From an uncultured Thermococci archaeon (GTDB taxonomy: Archaea > Methanobacteriota_B > Thermococci > Methanofastidiosales > Methanofastidiosaceae), in the NCBI GenBank assembly GCA_964521515.1, contig CAZFRW010000002.1, forward strand, positions 1-63,490: a stretch of DNA of 63,490 nt, given 5' to 3'. Positions 1 to 8,701 of this stretch are shown one piece after another. The position numbers and the translations under genes were made by a program. Position 1 is the stretch's first letter; every line of letters begins with the position of its first letter. The notes beneath the pieces are model-generated. The model was not told the origin of the DNA. It made no database searches and saw nothing but the letters and a program-made list of their open reading frames with translations.

Positions 1-595
1 AATCAATTGGCATGTTTGGAACAAGTTGAAGTAGCTTATTATTATCTAGTGTGATCACTGTGTCTGCGTATCTTCTAAAAGCTTCAAGTCCTTGAATTGC
101 TTTTTCGAATCTGTGAGATCCTTCCATCCTAAAAGGTAATGTTACTACCCCTACAACTAGAGCACCACATTCTTTAGCAACTTCGGCAACTACCGGAGCG
201 CTTCCCGTTCCTGTTCCGCCCCCCATACCTGCAGAGACGAAAACTAAATTTGCGTCTTTAAAAAGATCTTTTAATTTATGCCTATCTTCTTGAGCGGCTT
301 CCCAGCCAATGCTAGGATCTCCCCCTGCTCCAAGACCTTTTGTAAGCTCTTTTCCAATAACAAACTTTTTGTCCGCTTGGATCATTTCTAAGTGCTGCCT
401 ATCTGTATTCAAAGCTATTGTTTCGGCGCCCATTACTCCTCCAAGCATTGAAAGTCTATTTATGGTATTATTACCGGCACCGCCACATCCAGCACATATT
501 ATCCTAGCGTGTCCAATGCCTTCTAATTCAGCTGCAGTTTCTTCAAAGTTATTAGTTTGAGTAAATCTTGAAGCATTTTCCAAGATGCCTTTCAT
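1..595 (-). CDS. ftsZ: Cell division GTPase FtsZ, N-terminal part (gene runs off the left edge of the window)
   Basis: Absent from the ORF track because it is truncated. The reverse complement from ATG at 595 reads [66 protein letters not shown]. This carries the FtsZ/tubulin GGGTGTG signature and its flanking conserved blocks. Confidence 0.9.
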   Translation of the reverse strand, partial: MKGILENASRFTQTNNFEETAAELEGIGHARIICAGCGGAGNNTINRLSMLGGVMGAETIALNTDRQHLEMIQADKKFVIGKELTKGLGAGGDPSIGWEAAQEDRHKLKDLFKDANLVFVSAGMGGGTGTGSAPVVAEVAKECGALVVGVVTLPFRMEGSHRFEKAIQGLEAFRRYADTVITLDNNKLLQLVPNMPID

Positions 596-631
596 ATAAA
601 ACCCCCAATCATATAAATTATTTTTTATTAT

Positions 632-937
632 TTACTTTATTTTTCCAGATATGCCCTCATTTCTGAGTGATCTAAACCCACCAAGTTCGTTCTTTAGCAT
701 GTCTCTGATCGCTGATCTTATGGCTTCGCTCTTATTAGGAAAGTATCCATAGTTTACCAACTCGTCCAACCCATTCATATATGCTTCTGGTACTTGTACT
801 GATATGAGTTTCATTGATGTCCCTCTAGTATCTGTATAATACTTAGGAGATACAGGTATATAAGAGTTTCGGTTATCAGGATATTTCTCAGAACCTATCC
901 TTATATTCTCCTTGTATTGTTCTTGTATCATCTTCAT
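632..937 (-). CDS. Ribbon-helix-helix (CopG/MetJ type) DNA-binding protein directly upstream of ftsZ (CdrS-like arrangement)
   Basis: The C-terminal half MKLISVQVPEAYMNGLDELVNYGYFPNKSEAIRSAIRDMLKNE fits the strand-helix-helix RHH pattern. The gene is co-directional with ftsZ, with a 36-nt gap. An alternative ATG at 814, preceded by GAGGG, would give a ~60-aa RHH-only protein. Confidence 0.7.
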   Translation of the reverse strand: MKMIQEQYKENIRIGSEKYPDNRNSYIPVSPKYYTDTRGTSMKLISVQVPEAYMNGLDELVNYGYFPNKSEAIRSAIRDMLKNELGGFRSLRNEGISGKIK

Positions 938-1220
938 ATCCTCTTAATATTATTTAGATATTATATGGACACTTCATATCTATCTTCTGGATACTTCAAT
1001 AGTGGTATTGTAATATCGCTCACGAGTTATCATTATGGATAATCATTGTCTTTCATGTGGGTTATCCAGTAAATACTAATTTTGTTAACTACTATATATA
1101 GTTTTCGGTTAATAATGATAAACAATACTTCTTTTAGATTCCCAGAAAGTATTACCAATTATAAACTTTATTAACAATGCGTAACGATAATTTTTTAAGA
1201 AAAGAGAAGATAGTACAATT

Positions 1221-1670
1221 ATGTTACTGGTATTTGAATCCCAAATTGAAGATTCAGAAAAACTAATTGAGATATTAAAGAAAAATGGGGCAGATGCTAT
1301 TTTTGATGAAAGTAAGACTTATGGAACTAATCATATATCTATGGCTTTATACCAAACTATCGAAGCATTCAAAAATAATAATAACTTTGCCGATGACTTT
1401 TCTCTTGAATATTTGATCAGATTGTCTGGAGAAAAACAAATATCTAAGGCTTTAATATTTGGGATTAAGAATGGAGCCACTAGAATAGGGATTATAGTAA
1501 ATGAAGAAAAAAAAGAGAAAATTGTTAATATTTTAGGTGAGCCTGTTGCACCTGGAAAATTTGATAAAGAGTTCATAATAGAGTATTTTGAAATAACTGA
1601 TATCAATAATAGAATAGAAACTGAAAAAAAGATATTTGAAAAGATTGCATTACTTAACACAAAAATTTAG
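1221..1670 (+). CDS. Cgi121-like KEOPS complex subunit (tentative)
   Basis: 149 aa. The central block FADDFSLEYLIRLSGEKQISKALIFGIKNGATRIGIIV resembles the conserved Cgi121 core (E..L.lsG.rQI.kAi...G.k). The size is right for archaeal Cgi121. Confidence 0.5.
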   Translation: MLLVFESQIEDSEKLIEILKKNGADAIFDESKTYGTNHISMALYQTIEAFKNNNNFADDFSLEYLIRLSGEKQISKALIFGIKNGATRIGIIVNEEKKEKIVNILGEPVAPGKFDKEFIIEYFEITDINNRIETEKKIFEKIALLNTKI

Positions 1671-1789
1671 ATTAATGCCACATAATAATTAAATTATTGA
1701 AAGACATTAATTATTATCTTTTAGGTAGACATTAAGAAATACTTAGGATTTACAATAAGATTTTTAAAGAAGCTTATGCGTTTATCAAT

Positions 1790-2461
1790 GTGAATCCTGA
1801 AGAAATAAGGAATATTCTATTTATTTTAATTAACGAAGTATCTGTTATGGTTACAGTAATAACGGTTGTTGTAAGCTCTATTAATCCATTTAAACAAGTA
1901 GTTATAGAAAAAAAATTTACTTACAAAAATCAGATTATAATGATACTGATATTTGGTTCTATTTCAATATTTGGCAATTATTCCGGAATAGAGCTTGATT
2001 CTGGAGCAATAGCAAATATAAGAGATATAGGGCCTTTAGTTGCAGGCCTAGTTGGCGGACCCGTTATAGGTATTGGTGCAGGATTAATAGGTGGGGTAAA
2101 CAGATATATGGAAGGTGGTTTTACTGCTCTTCCCTGTTCAATTGCCACTATCTCGGCAGGTCTTATTGGCGGATTGGTATATAAGTATAATAATGGTGAA
2201 TTTGTTGGGGCGTATAAAGCCACGATAATCGCATTTCTATTAGAATTGTATCATATGGGCATTACGTTGATTCTTGCAAAACCTTTAGATCAAGCCTTAG
2301 AAGTTGTCAAAATAGTAATAATACCTATGACATTGTCCAACGCTTTGGGAGTTGCAATATTTTCACTTATTATTGGTAGCATAATTAAGGACAAGAAGAA
2401 AATAAAAGAACTCGAAGAAAATTTAGATATTGCCACTTCAAAAGAAGAGGATAAGATATAA
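1790..2461 (+). CDS. Membrane protein with a LytS/YhcK-type 5TM receptor-like domain, no output domain
   Basis: 223 aa and multi-TM. Glycine-rich TM helices (DIGPLVAGLVGGPVIGIGAGLIGGVNRY, CSIATISAGLIGG) are typical of 5TMR-LYT sensors. GTG start; an internal ATG alternative exists. Confidence 0.5.
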   Translation: MNPEEIRNILFILINEVSVMVTVITVVVSSINPFKQVVIEKKFTYKNQIIMILIFGSISIFGNYSGIELDSGAIANIRDIGPLVAGLVGGPVIGIGAGLIGGVNRYMEGGFTALPCSIATISAGLIGGLVYKYNNGEFVGAYKATIIAFLLELYHMGITLILAKPLDQALEVVKIVIIPMTLSNALGVAIFSLIIGSIIKDKKKIKELEENLDIATSKEEDKI

Positions 2462-2479
2462 ACCGATTTATTTAAGAGG

Positions 2480-2552
2480 CGGGCCTGATGGGATTTGAAC
2501 CCACGTTCTTCGGGTCCGAAGCCCGACGCCATATCCACTAGACCACAGGCCC
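2480..2552 (-). tRNA. tRNA-Arg (anticodon TCG)
   Basis: Folded by hand into a cloverleaf: acceptor GGGCCTG/CAGGCCC, anticodon stem TCGGG/CCCGA, loop CTTCGGA, T-arm GTGGG TTCAAAT CCCAT. No encoded CCA. Confidence 0.9.
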
Positions 2553-2647
2553 CTGTAAAATCTTAATAAAAGAACTTATAAATATATTCGAAATCCTTAA
2601 ATATTGGGGAAAAGAAACTTCTTTAGACTCTTTTAGGAGAGAAAATA

Positions 2648-3262
2648 ATGGCCAAAAGACGCAAAGTATCTAGACCTTTCAAATATAAACCAGTAAGTGT
2701 AAAGGATCTTTTAGTTGAGATGAAAGATATCTCTGAACTAATGGTTGACTTAGCCTATTCTTCAATCCTTTTCAAAAATAAAGAGATAGCAGAGGATGTT
2801 ACTGAGCTTGAGGGTAAGATGGATGAATTAAATTATAGGATAAAGATAACTGCAATGCTTGCCGCAAGAAGCGTAGAAGATGCAGAAAGAATTTCTGCTG
2901 TTTTACAGTTTGCCTCGGCCTCCGAAAAGATATCAAATGCTGCTGGAGATCTATCCAATATTATCTTGAGAGGTATGAAAATACATCCTGTTGTCTATGA
3001 AGCTCTTGAAGATGCAGAAGAACAGATAGAAAAATATGAAGTATCGACTAAATCAAAATTATCCCATATGACATTAAAAAAAGCTGAACTAGCGTCCAAG
3101 GTAGGCACGTATATAATCGCTGTAAAAAGAAAAGACAATATTAAATATAATCCTTCAAAAGGATTTGTTATTAAAGAAGGGGATATACTCATTGCAAGAG
3201 GAAGCAACACGGGCCTTGAAATATTAAAAAGTATATGTAGTGGCATAAAAACAAAGTGGTGA
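2648..3262 (+). CDS. PhoU-like helical domain + TrkA-C (RCK_C) domain regulatory protein
   Basis: 204 aa. The N-terminal helical bundle (LLVEMKDISELMVDLAYSSILF..AEDV.ELE..MDELNY) is followed by an RCK_C-like C-terminus (LKKAELASKVGTYIIAVKRKDNIKYNPSKGFVIKEGDILIARGS). A GGAG lies upstream. Confidence 0.7.
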   Translation: MAKRRKVSRPFKYKPVSVKDLLVEMKDISELMVDLAYSSILFKNKEIAEDVTELEGKMDELNYRIKITAMLAARSVEDAERISAVLQFASASEKISNAAGDLSNIILRGMKIHPVVYEALEDAEEQIEKYEVSTKSKLSHMTLKKAELASKVGTYIIAVKRKDNIKYNPSKGFVIKEGDILIARGSNTGLEILKSICSGIKTKW

Positions 3263-3266
3263 TATA

Positions 3267-3839
3267 GTGGAAACGGATATGGCGGATATATTGACCCAGA
3301 TGAAAAATAATTCAGAACTAATGGTTGCCCTATCATATACCGCTCTATTATACAATAATACTTACATCGCAGAGGAAGTAATGGAACTTGAAGAAATTGT
3401 AGATAAACTAAATTATGAAATGGGCAGAAAAATACTAGAAAAGGCATCTAAGGTCAGTAATCCAGAAGACTTGTTAAGTCTGTTTCATATAACTGAGGCA
3501 ACTGAAGCCATTGCTGATGCGGCTTCTGAAATAGCTGATATTGTAACTAGAGGAATTGATGCTCACCCAATATTTAAAGAAGCAATGAAAGAAACTGACC
3601 AGATTATAGCCAGAGTAAAGATATGTTCGAAATCCATTATAATAGACAAAACTTTACAAGAGATAAAATTACAAAGTAAAACAGGCATTTACATATTTCT
3701 CATAAAGAGGGATAAAGATTATATTTATTCTCCAAAGAAAAATTTTAAACTAGAAGAAGGAGATATACTTTACGGTATTGGTATGGAAAGTGGTATAGAA
3801 AAATTACAAGAACTTGCTAATTGCAAGTCTCGGGCGTAA
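3267..3839 (+). CDS. PhoU-like + TrkA-C (RCK_C) domain regulatory protein, tandem paralog
   Basis: 190 aa with the same architecture as the preceding gene (MKNNSELMVALSYTALLYNN..; LQEIKLQSKTGIYIFLIKRDKDYIYSPKKNFKLEEGDILYGIG). It starts 4 nt after the upstream stop. Confidence 0.7.
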   Translation: METDMADILTQMKNNSELMVALSYTALLYNNTYIAEEVMELEEIVDKLNYEMGRKILEKASKVSNPEDLLSLFHITEATEAIADAASEIADIVTRGIDAHPIFKEAMKETDQIIARVKICSKSIIIDKTLQEIKLQSKTGIYIFLIKRDKDYIYSPKKNFKLEEGDILYGIGMESGIEKLQELANCKSRA

Positions 3840-4878
3840 TTCTTATTCTTAATTTTCCTGTTAATCTCATGAATAATACAGTCAATCCGCCTGCTATTAC
3901 TAAATAGATTATTAGAATTTCTAAGGATATCGATCCTAGGATAAAATTGGCCGACTGGTACAATATAAATGACAATACTGCTGTGAAAAATGTTAGTGCA
4001 AGTGTACTAATTACTTCCTTCTTATTTGTAGAATAAGCTTCTATGAATCTACCAAACATCGCTATGACAAAAGCAACGTAAATTAGTTCAATTCTTGAAA
4101 GAATTGTTGCGATTATCAAAGGTATACTCTGCCAAGTTGGAAATTGAACAAGATAGTAATAGCTCTGCCAGACTCCAACAATACCTAGTAATACGGCAAT
4201 AAGATAAAAAACAAACCCTACCCTTTTTGGGGAAAACTCTTTCTTTAGGAAATTATCAATTCCAAATCCCTTGAAAAACAGATAAAGCCCCAGAATAAAT
4301 AGAAATCCAAACCAACCTACCTGAGGTTTACCCAATAAGAAAGCTGCCCCAAAAAGCAGGAAAACTAATCCAGGTGCACCAAGCATAAGCCCTGCAAGTT
4401 TTCGGTCTTCCATAATTTCTTTCATATATCTATGAAGAATAAAATAAGTTTCTTCAATAGATTCGCTTTGTTGCACAACTATCCTATCTATTGATATTAT
4501 AGATACTTTCGATTGGATGGAAGGTAAAATATTCTCATCTTCGCGCCCATCAGTTACAAGGATTACTCCTTTAACTTTTATTTGTTTAAGAACATGATCA
4601 AGTTGATCAGATATTATTATATCAGATTTTACGCCGACGTCAGCATCCCCCGTCAAAGCTACGACTTCACAAGGATTACCCTCTTTTTTTAATTTTCGAA
4701 AAACTTGTATTGCTCTAAAAAGTACATTTGTATCTGATTCTGTAGGGTCAGCTGTACCAAGTTCCATAGCTGCGTTTAGGATATTTTTTTCTCCTATTAA
4801 TGGGCCTTGAATCCCAGTTTTTACCCCCAGATCATTATCTCTATCAACTGAGAGCACCAATATTTTCTTCTCAAACAT
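3817..4878 (-). CDS. Integral membrane protein with a soluble N-terminal domain (DUF373-like)
   Basis: 353 aa. The N-terminus ILVLSVDRDNDLGVKTGIQGPLIGEKN resembles the archaeal DUF373 family as I remember it. About 6 TM helices follow. The start overlaps the upstream gene by 8 nt. Confidence 0.5.
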   Translation of the reverse strand: MFEKKILVLSVDRDNDLGVKTGIQGPLIGEKNILNAAMELGTADPTESDTNVLFRAIQVFRKLKKEGNPCEVVALTGDADVGVKSDIIISDQLDHVLKQIKVKGVILVTDGREDENILPSIQSKVSIISIDRIVVQQSESIEETYFILHRYMKEIMEDRKLAGLMLGAPGLVFLLFGAAFLLGKPQVGWFGFLFILGLYLFFKGFGIDNFLKKEFSPKRVGFVFYLIAVLLGIVGVWQSYYYLVQFPTWQSIPLIIATILSRIELIYVAFVIAMFGRFIEAYSTNKKEVISTLALTFFTAVLSFILYQSANFILGSISLEILIIYLVIAGGLTVLFMRLTGKLRIRITPETCN

Positions 4879-5176
4879 CGGTTTCTACCATCTTCTTTTT
4901 GACTGAGTCTATTTTATCTTGCATAGAGGACTTCTTATCTAATCTATAATCAATCTTTATGTTAGTTATAATTCTTTCTATTCCCATTTCAAATATTAAA
5001 TTATGCGAATAATCAATTAACTTGGATATCTCATCCCACTCGCCTTCTACGATTGTTCCCATAGGTGTGAGTTGATATTTCAATCCACTTTTCTCAATAT
5101 TTCTTATAACTCTAGCTATATAACGACTAAGAGATGTTCCAACCCCAATAGGGACAAAAGATATTTCTACTATCAA
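4871..5176 (-). CDS. MTH1187/YkoF-family (UPF0045) thiamine-binding-like protein
   Basis: 101 aa. MIVEISFVPIGVGTSLSRYIARVIRNIEKSGLKYQLTPMGTIVEGEWDE matches the family N-terminal pattern. Confidence 0.75.
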   Translation of the reverse strand: MIVEISFVPIGVGTSLSRYIARVIRNIEKSGLKYQLTPMGTIVEGEWDEISKLIDYSHNLIFEMGIERIITNIKIDYRLDKKSSMQDKIDSVKKKMVETDV

Positions 5177-6039
5177 ATATTTTCCCCGGCCTGGAGAATC
5201 TTCAGTTCATCCAAGGTGAGTTTTTCTCCATTTTTAAATTTCTCTAAGATATCCTCACTTTTCTTTGATAGTTCCTTTTTCTTTTCTTTTATCTTTTTCT
5301 CTTTTTCCTGTTTCTCTGTTTTTCTCGAACTAACTTCCAATCCCTTAATTTTTGCCCTAAATTCTCTTATTTTATCGTAAAGTTCATCTACATATTTTTT
5401 CTTTTCAATATAGTTATTGTGTAAGGTATCAGCTTCCTTTTTGATATCCTCTGAACTATTGAAATAGTAGATCATACGTTCATGATACTTAGTGGATTCT
5501 TCCGATAGCTCCAAAACTTTTTTATGATATTCTTCAGAATTTTTTTTCAACATATCTAAATCTTTTCGAGAAAAGCGAGCTTCTTTAGAAAGCTCTTCAT
5601 AATTCTTAGATTCTTTAAGGTCTTTTTTTAAGTCCTTTATGATGTCAACAAGTTGTCGTTCTTTATCTAAGGAAAGAACTTCAGTTTCAAGTTTCCATTC
5701 AATATTATCTATCTTTTTTTCAATCTCTGAAGAAGAAGTAATATCCTTGTTCTTTGTCGCTTCTTTAATTTTATTTAGAGATTCATAGATTATCTTTAGT
5801 TTAGAACTATTTTCTTCCCGTAGCGCCTTGTATTTCTTTGTTTCATTATTAGCTTTATCCCGAAGTTCCTTATTTTCCTTACCTTTTTTAATCAAATCAG
5901 AAACTTGGGCATTTTTTTCATCTCTTTTTTGTTTTAAGGACAAAAGCTCTTTTTTATACGATTCTGCCTCAGATTCCAAAGCTTTTAATTCTTGTGAAAT
6001 TTTTATAATTTCATCGTCTACTGAACTTTCCAAAGACAT
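5173..6039 (-). CDS. Lys/Glu-rich coiled-coil protein (archaeal COG1340-like)
   Basis: 288 aa with heptad-like K/E/L-rich sequence throughout. There is a 4-nt overlap with the downstream gene. Confidence 0.6.
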   Translation of the reverse strand: MSLESSVDDEIIKISQELKALESEAESYKKELLSLKQKRDEKNAQVSDLIKKGKENKELRDKANNETKKYKALREENSSKLKIIYESLNKIKEATKNKDITSSSEIEKKIDNIEWKLETEVLSLDKERQLVDIIKDLKKDLKESKNYEELSKEARFSRKDLDMLKKNSEEYHKKVLELSEESTKYHERMIYYFNSSEDIKKEADTLHNNYIEKKKYVDELYDKIREFRAKIKGLEVSSRKTEKQEKEKKIKEKKKELSKKSEDILEKFKNGEKLTLDELKILQAGENI

Positions 6040-6124
6040 ACCTCAACTTGTAAATATTAGTATCATTTATAATTATTTTGGTTAAATCAGAAAAAGATAT
6101 ATATTTCGTCTTGTAATTAGGCTT

Positions 6125-7546
6125 ATGGTCCTTATTTTTGGAGCCGGTAGAATCGGATATGCCGTTTCCTTAGTACTAAAAAAACGAGGTAAAGAAGTAA
6201 TAGTTATTGATAAAAATATGCAAGCTTTGAGTAGGGCCGAAAGTATTGGTTGTAAAACTTATCTTTTTGATTTTACTAAATCATTTAATCTTATAGGGGT
6301 AAATATATCCGAATTTAAAGAGATAATTATAACTACTTCGGACCATAAGACCAACATTGAAGCTTTGAAGATTTCAAGAGAGCTCAATAAAGAAGCTTTA
6401 ATAATTATTAATGCGCCTAGCTCAGAGCATATATCGATATTCAAAAAACTGGGGGCAGATTTTGTTGTTACCCCAGATAGATCAATGGCACAAATAATAA
6501 TAAATCAGCTTGAACTTTCAACCTATTGGAGAAATAGAGACCTATTAAAAAAAATACTTGAGAAATCAAAGTCGTTAGCAATTGTAATGCATGACAATCC
6601 TGACCCAGACGCAATGTCAAGTGCTTATGCGCTTAAAGCAATTGCAGAAAGTTTGAAGGTAACTACAGATATCTATTATGGGGGCGAGATTGGTCACGAA
6701 GGAAATAAGATGATGGTTGAGCTTTTGAAATGGAATTTTAAAAGGATACCAGAATATAAGAAAAATATCCTAAGAGAATATGATAAGATTGCATTAATTG
6801 ATATGCCAAATCTTTCTAATACGACGATATTTCCCTTAGAGATGAAACCTGACATTATAATTGACCATCATTACACTGAAGAAGAAAAAATAAATGCAGA
6901 ATTTATTGATATACGACCTAAAGTCGGTGCTACTGCCACAATTATGACTTCTTATTTACGAGATTTTGGTATTGAAGTAAATGAGCAACTGGCTACAGGA
7001 CTGATGTATGGGATTCTAGTAGATACCAATAACTTTAAGAGAAATTTTGAAAAGGAAGATACAGAAGCCGTGTATTATTTAAAACCTAAGATCAATAAAG
7101 AACTTTTGAATATTATTGAAAATCCCAATATTTCTCTAATCACTCTTGATGTTTTGTCTAAGGCTATAAACAACAAGAAGATATACGACAAGTATGTTAT
7201 TTCTAATGTTGGATACGTAGAAAAAAGAGAATCATTGTCTCAATCTGCAGATTTATTATTGAAACTTGAAGGTATTACTGTATCCCTAGTTATCGGAATA
7301 ATTGAAGATTATGTGTACGTATCTGCTAGATCAAGGGATCAAGTTATCGACATAAGTAAGATAATTATAAAGGCTTTTTCTAAAATGGGGTCTGCTGGGG
7401 GGCATATGAATTTCGCTGCCGCAAAGGTATCCCTTGGAGCTTTTGGATATAGCGAAGACAAAGATATTTTAGTAAAAATCGTAGGGGACACTATATCAGA
7501 GTATTTCTTTAAAACTATAAGACTAAATAATAAAGGTTCAATATAA
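6125..7546 (+). CDS. TrkA-N (RCK_N Rossmann) domain fused to a DHH/DHHA1 phosphoesterase (NrnA-like)
   Basis: The N-terminus MVLIFGAGRIGYAVS..VIVID is a GxGxxG Rossmann motif. DHH motifs follow: VMHDNPDPDAMSSAYAL, IIIDHHYT. The DHHA1 motif is SAGGHMNFAAAKV. Confidence 0.75.
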   Translation: MVLIFGAGRIGYAVSLVLKKRGKEVIVIDKNMQALSRAESIGCKTYLFDFTKSFNLIGVNISEFKEIIITTSDHKTNIEALKISRELNKEALIIINAPSSEHISIFKKLGADFVVTPDRSMAQIIINQLELSTYWRNRDLLKKILEKSKSLAIVMHDNPDPDAMSSAYALKAIAESLKVTTDIYYGGEIGHEGNKMMVELLKWNFKRIPEYKKNILREYDKIALIDMPNLSNTTIFPLEMKPDIIIDHHYTEEEKINAEFIDIRPKVGATATIMTSYLRDFGIEVNEQLATGLMYGILVDTNNFKRNFEKEDTEAVYYLKPKINKELLNIIENPNISLITLDVLSKAINNKKIYDKYVISNVGYVEKRESLSQSADLLLKLEGITVSLVIGIIEDYVYVSARSRDQVIDISKIIIKAFSKMGSAGGHMNFAAAKVSLGAFGYSEDKDILVKIVGDTISEYFFKTIRLNNKGSI

Positions 7547-7604
7547 ATTGAACCATATCGGAACATATAAATATAGTCTGTTCTAATTATCTATTGGTGA
7601 TGAA

Positions 7605-8477
7605 ATAAAAAAATCATATATTGTATTTAGCGCAATTGGTATTATTGCTATCTTAATTTCTGGATTCTTTATAGGAACTTTATTTCTGGGTTCAAGTATA
7701 TACTCAAAGAGAGCCATTTATGAGGAGGGTGTTACTTACCCTGTAGGGTACGGTGGTGTCACAGACAGTGATAGTTATTCTCAAAATGTCACCCCTAGCT
7801 ATACTAAATCAAGTGAATTAAATTCCAATGATCGAAAAGTTGTTAAAAGTGGGAATGCTAATATAGAAGTTGAGAATTTTGATTCGTCTATCTCAAAAAT
7901 TAAAGAATTAGCCAATAATTTTGAAGGGTATGTAACAAACTCGAACATGTGGAGTTCAGATTCAGGTACTAAGAGCGGCAATATTACAATAAAGATACCT
8001 GAAAAAAGATTTGAAGAGTTTGGAGACTCTTTAGGCCAAATTGGAGAAATTAAATCCAAAGAAATTTCAGCATACGATGTTACTGAAGAATATATAGATT
8101 TGCAGGCAAGATTAAAAAACTTGAAAAATCAAGAAAAGAGATATATAGAACTTCTAGGTATGGCGAAGGACGTACAGGATGTACTGGCAATTGAAGCCCA
8201 ACTTGGAAGGATCAGGGGCGAAATAGAAAGTTATGAAGGAAGGATAAAATATCTAGAAAATACAACAACTTATGGAACGTTTTATATAAATATATATGAA
8301 CCCGAAAAAATTGTCCATGAGTGGGGTATAAAGAACGCTTTTAATAGGGCAATAGATGCATTCATAACCTCAGTTGCAGGCATAATAATATTGGGCGGAT
8401 TTTTGATACCTATAGCAATCCTGATTGGGGCAATATACTTAATAAGAAAATATATTAAGAAAAGATTAAATAAATAA
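7605..8477 (+). CDS. DUF4349-like membrane-anchored protein (start codon unresolved)
   Basis: The frame is open from 7587. The first canonical start is ATG 7947 (the 176-aa ORF in the track). However, an N-terminal TM helix (IVFSAIGIIAILISGFFIGTLFL) and DUF4349-like sequence (RKVVKSGNANIEVENFDSSISKIKELANNFEGYV) lie upstream in the same frame. There is a C-terminal TM helix. Confidence 0.55.
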   Translation: MKKSYIVFSAIGIIAILISGFFIGTLFLGSSIYSKRAIYEEGVTYPVGYGGVTDSDSYSQNVTPSYTKSSELNSNDRKVVKSGNANIEVENFDSSISKIKELANNFEGYVTNSNMWSSDSGTKSGNITIKIPEKRFEEFGDSLGQIGEIKSKEISAYDVTEEYIDLQARLKNLKNQEKRYIELLGMAKDVQDVLAIEAQLGRIRGEIESYEGRIKYLENTTTYGTFYINIYEPEKIVHEWGIKNAFNRAIDAFITSVAGIIILGGFLIPIAILIGAIYLIRKYIKKRLNK

Positions 8478-8483
8478 TTTATT

Positions 8484-8642
8484 TTATTTTTTTGGGATTG
8501 ATTCTGGTACATACTGAGTATTTCTTTCGTTTCCTTTTAACGGAGGTTTACTCAAAGTATTTCTTTTTCTACTTAGTCCTTCTATTATAGAAAATAATGC
8601 TATCAATCCTATTACAATTGCTATGAAAACATAGAACTCCAT
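8484..8642 (-). CDS. Possible 52-aa single-pass membrane protein
   Basis: Below the ORF-track size cutoff. Reads MEFYVFIAIVIGLIALFSIIEGLSRKRNTLSKPPLKGNERNTQYVPESIPKK. No homology recognised. Confidence 0.3.
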   Translation of the reverse strand: MEFYVFIAIVIGLIALFSIIEGLSRKRNTLSKPPLKGNERNTQYVPESIPKK

Positions 8643-8701
8643 AATTTCACCTTGTCATTGGTTTAAAAAAAAGATATATAAAATTATTGGTTGCTAGATA
8701 C

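Noticed and set aside
2290-2538. An 82-aa minus-strand ORF overlapping tRNA-Arg. Similarly, a 67-aa plus-strand ORF at 39790..39993 overlaps the CAT tRNA.
   Set aside because: Both read through clean cloverleaf tRNA genes and have no coding features, so they are artefacts of ORF calling.
7597-7603. A GTGATGA C-box-like word upstream of the DUF4349-like gene, suggesting a C/D box sRNA.
   Set aside because: There is no matching D box (CTGA) at the expected distance and no terminal stem, so this is probably chance in AT-rich sequence.
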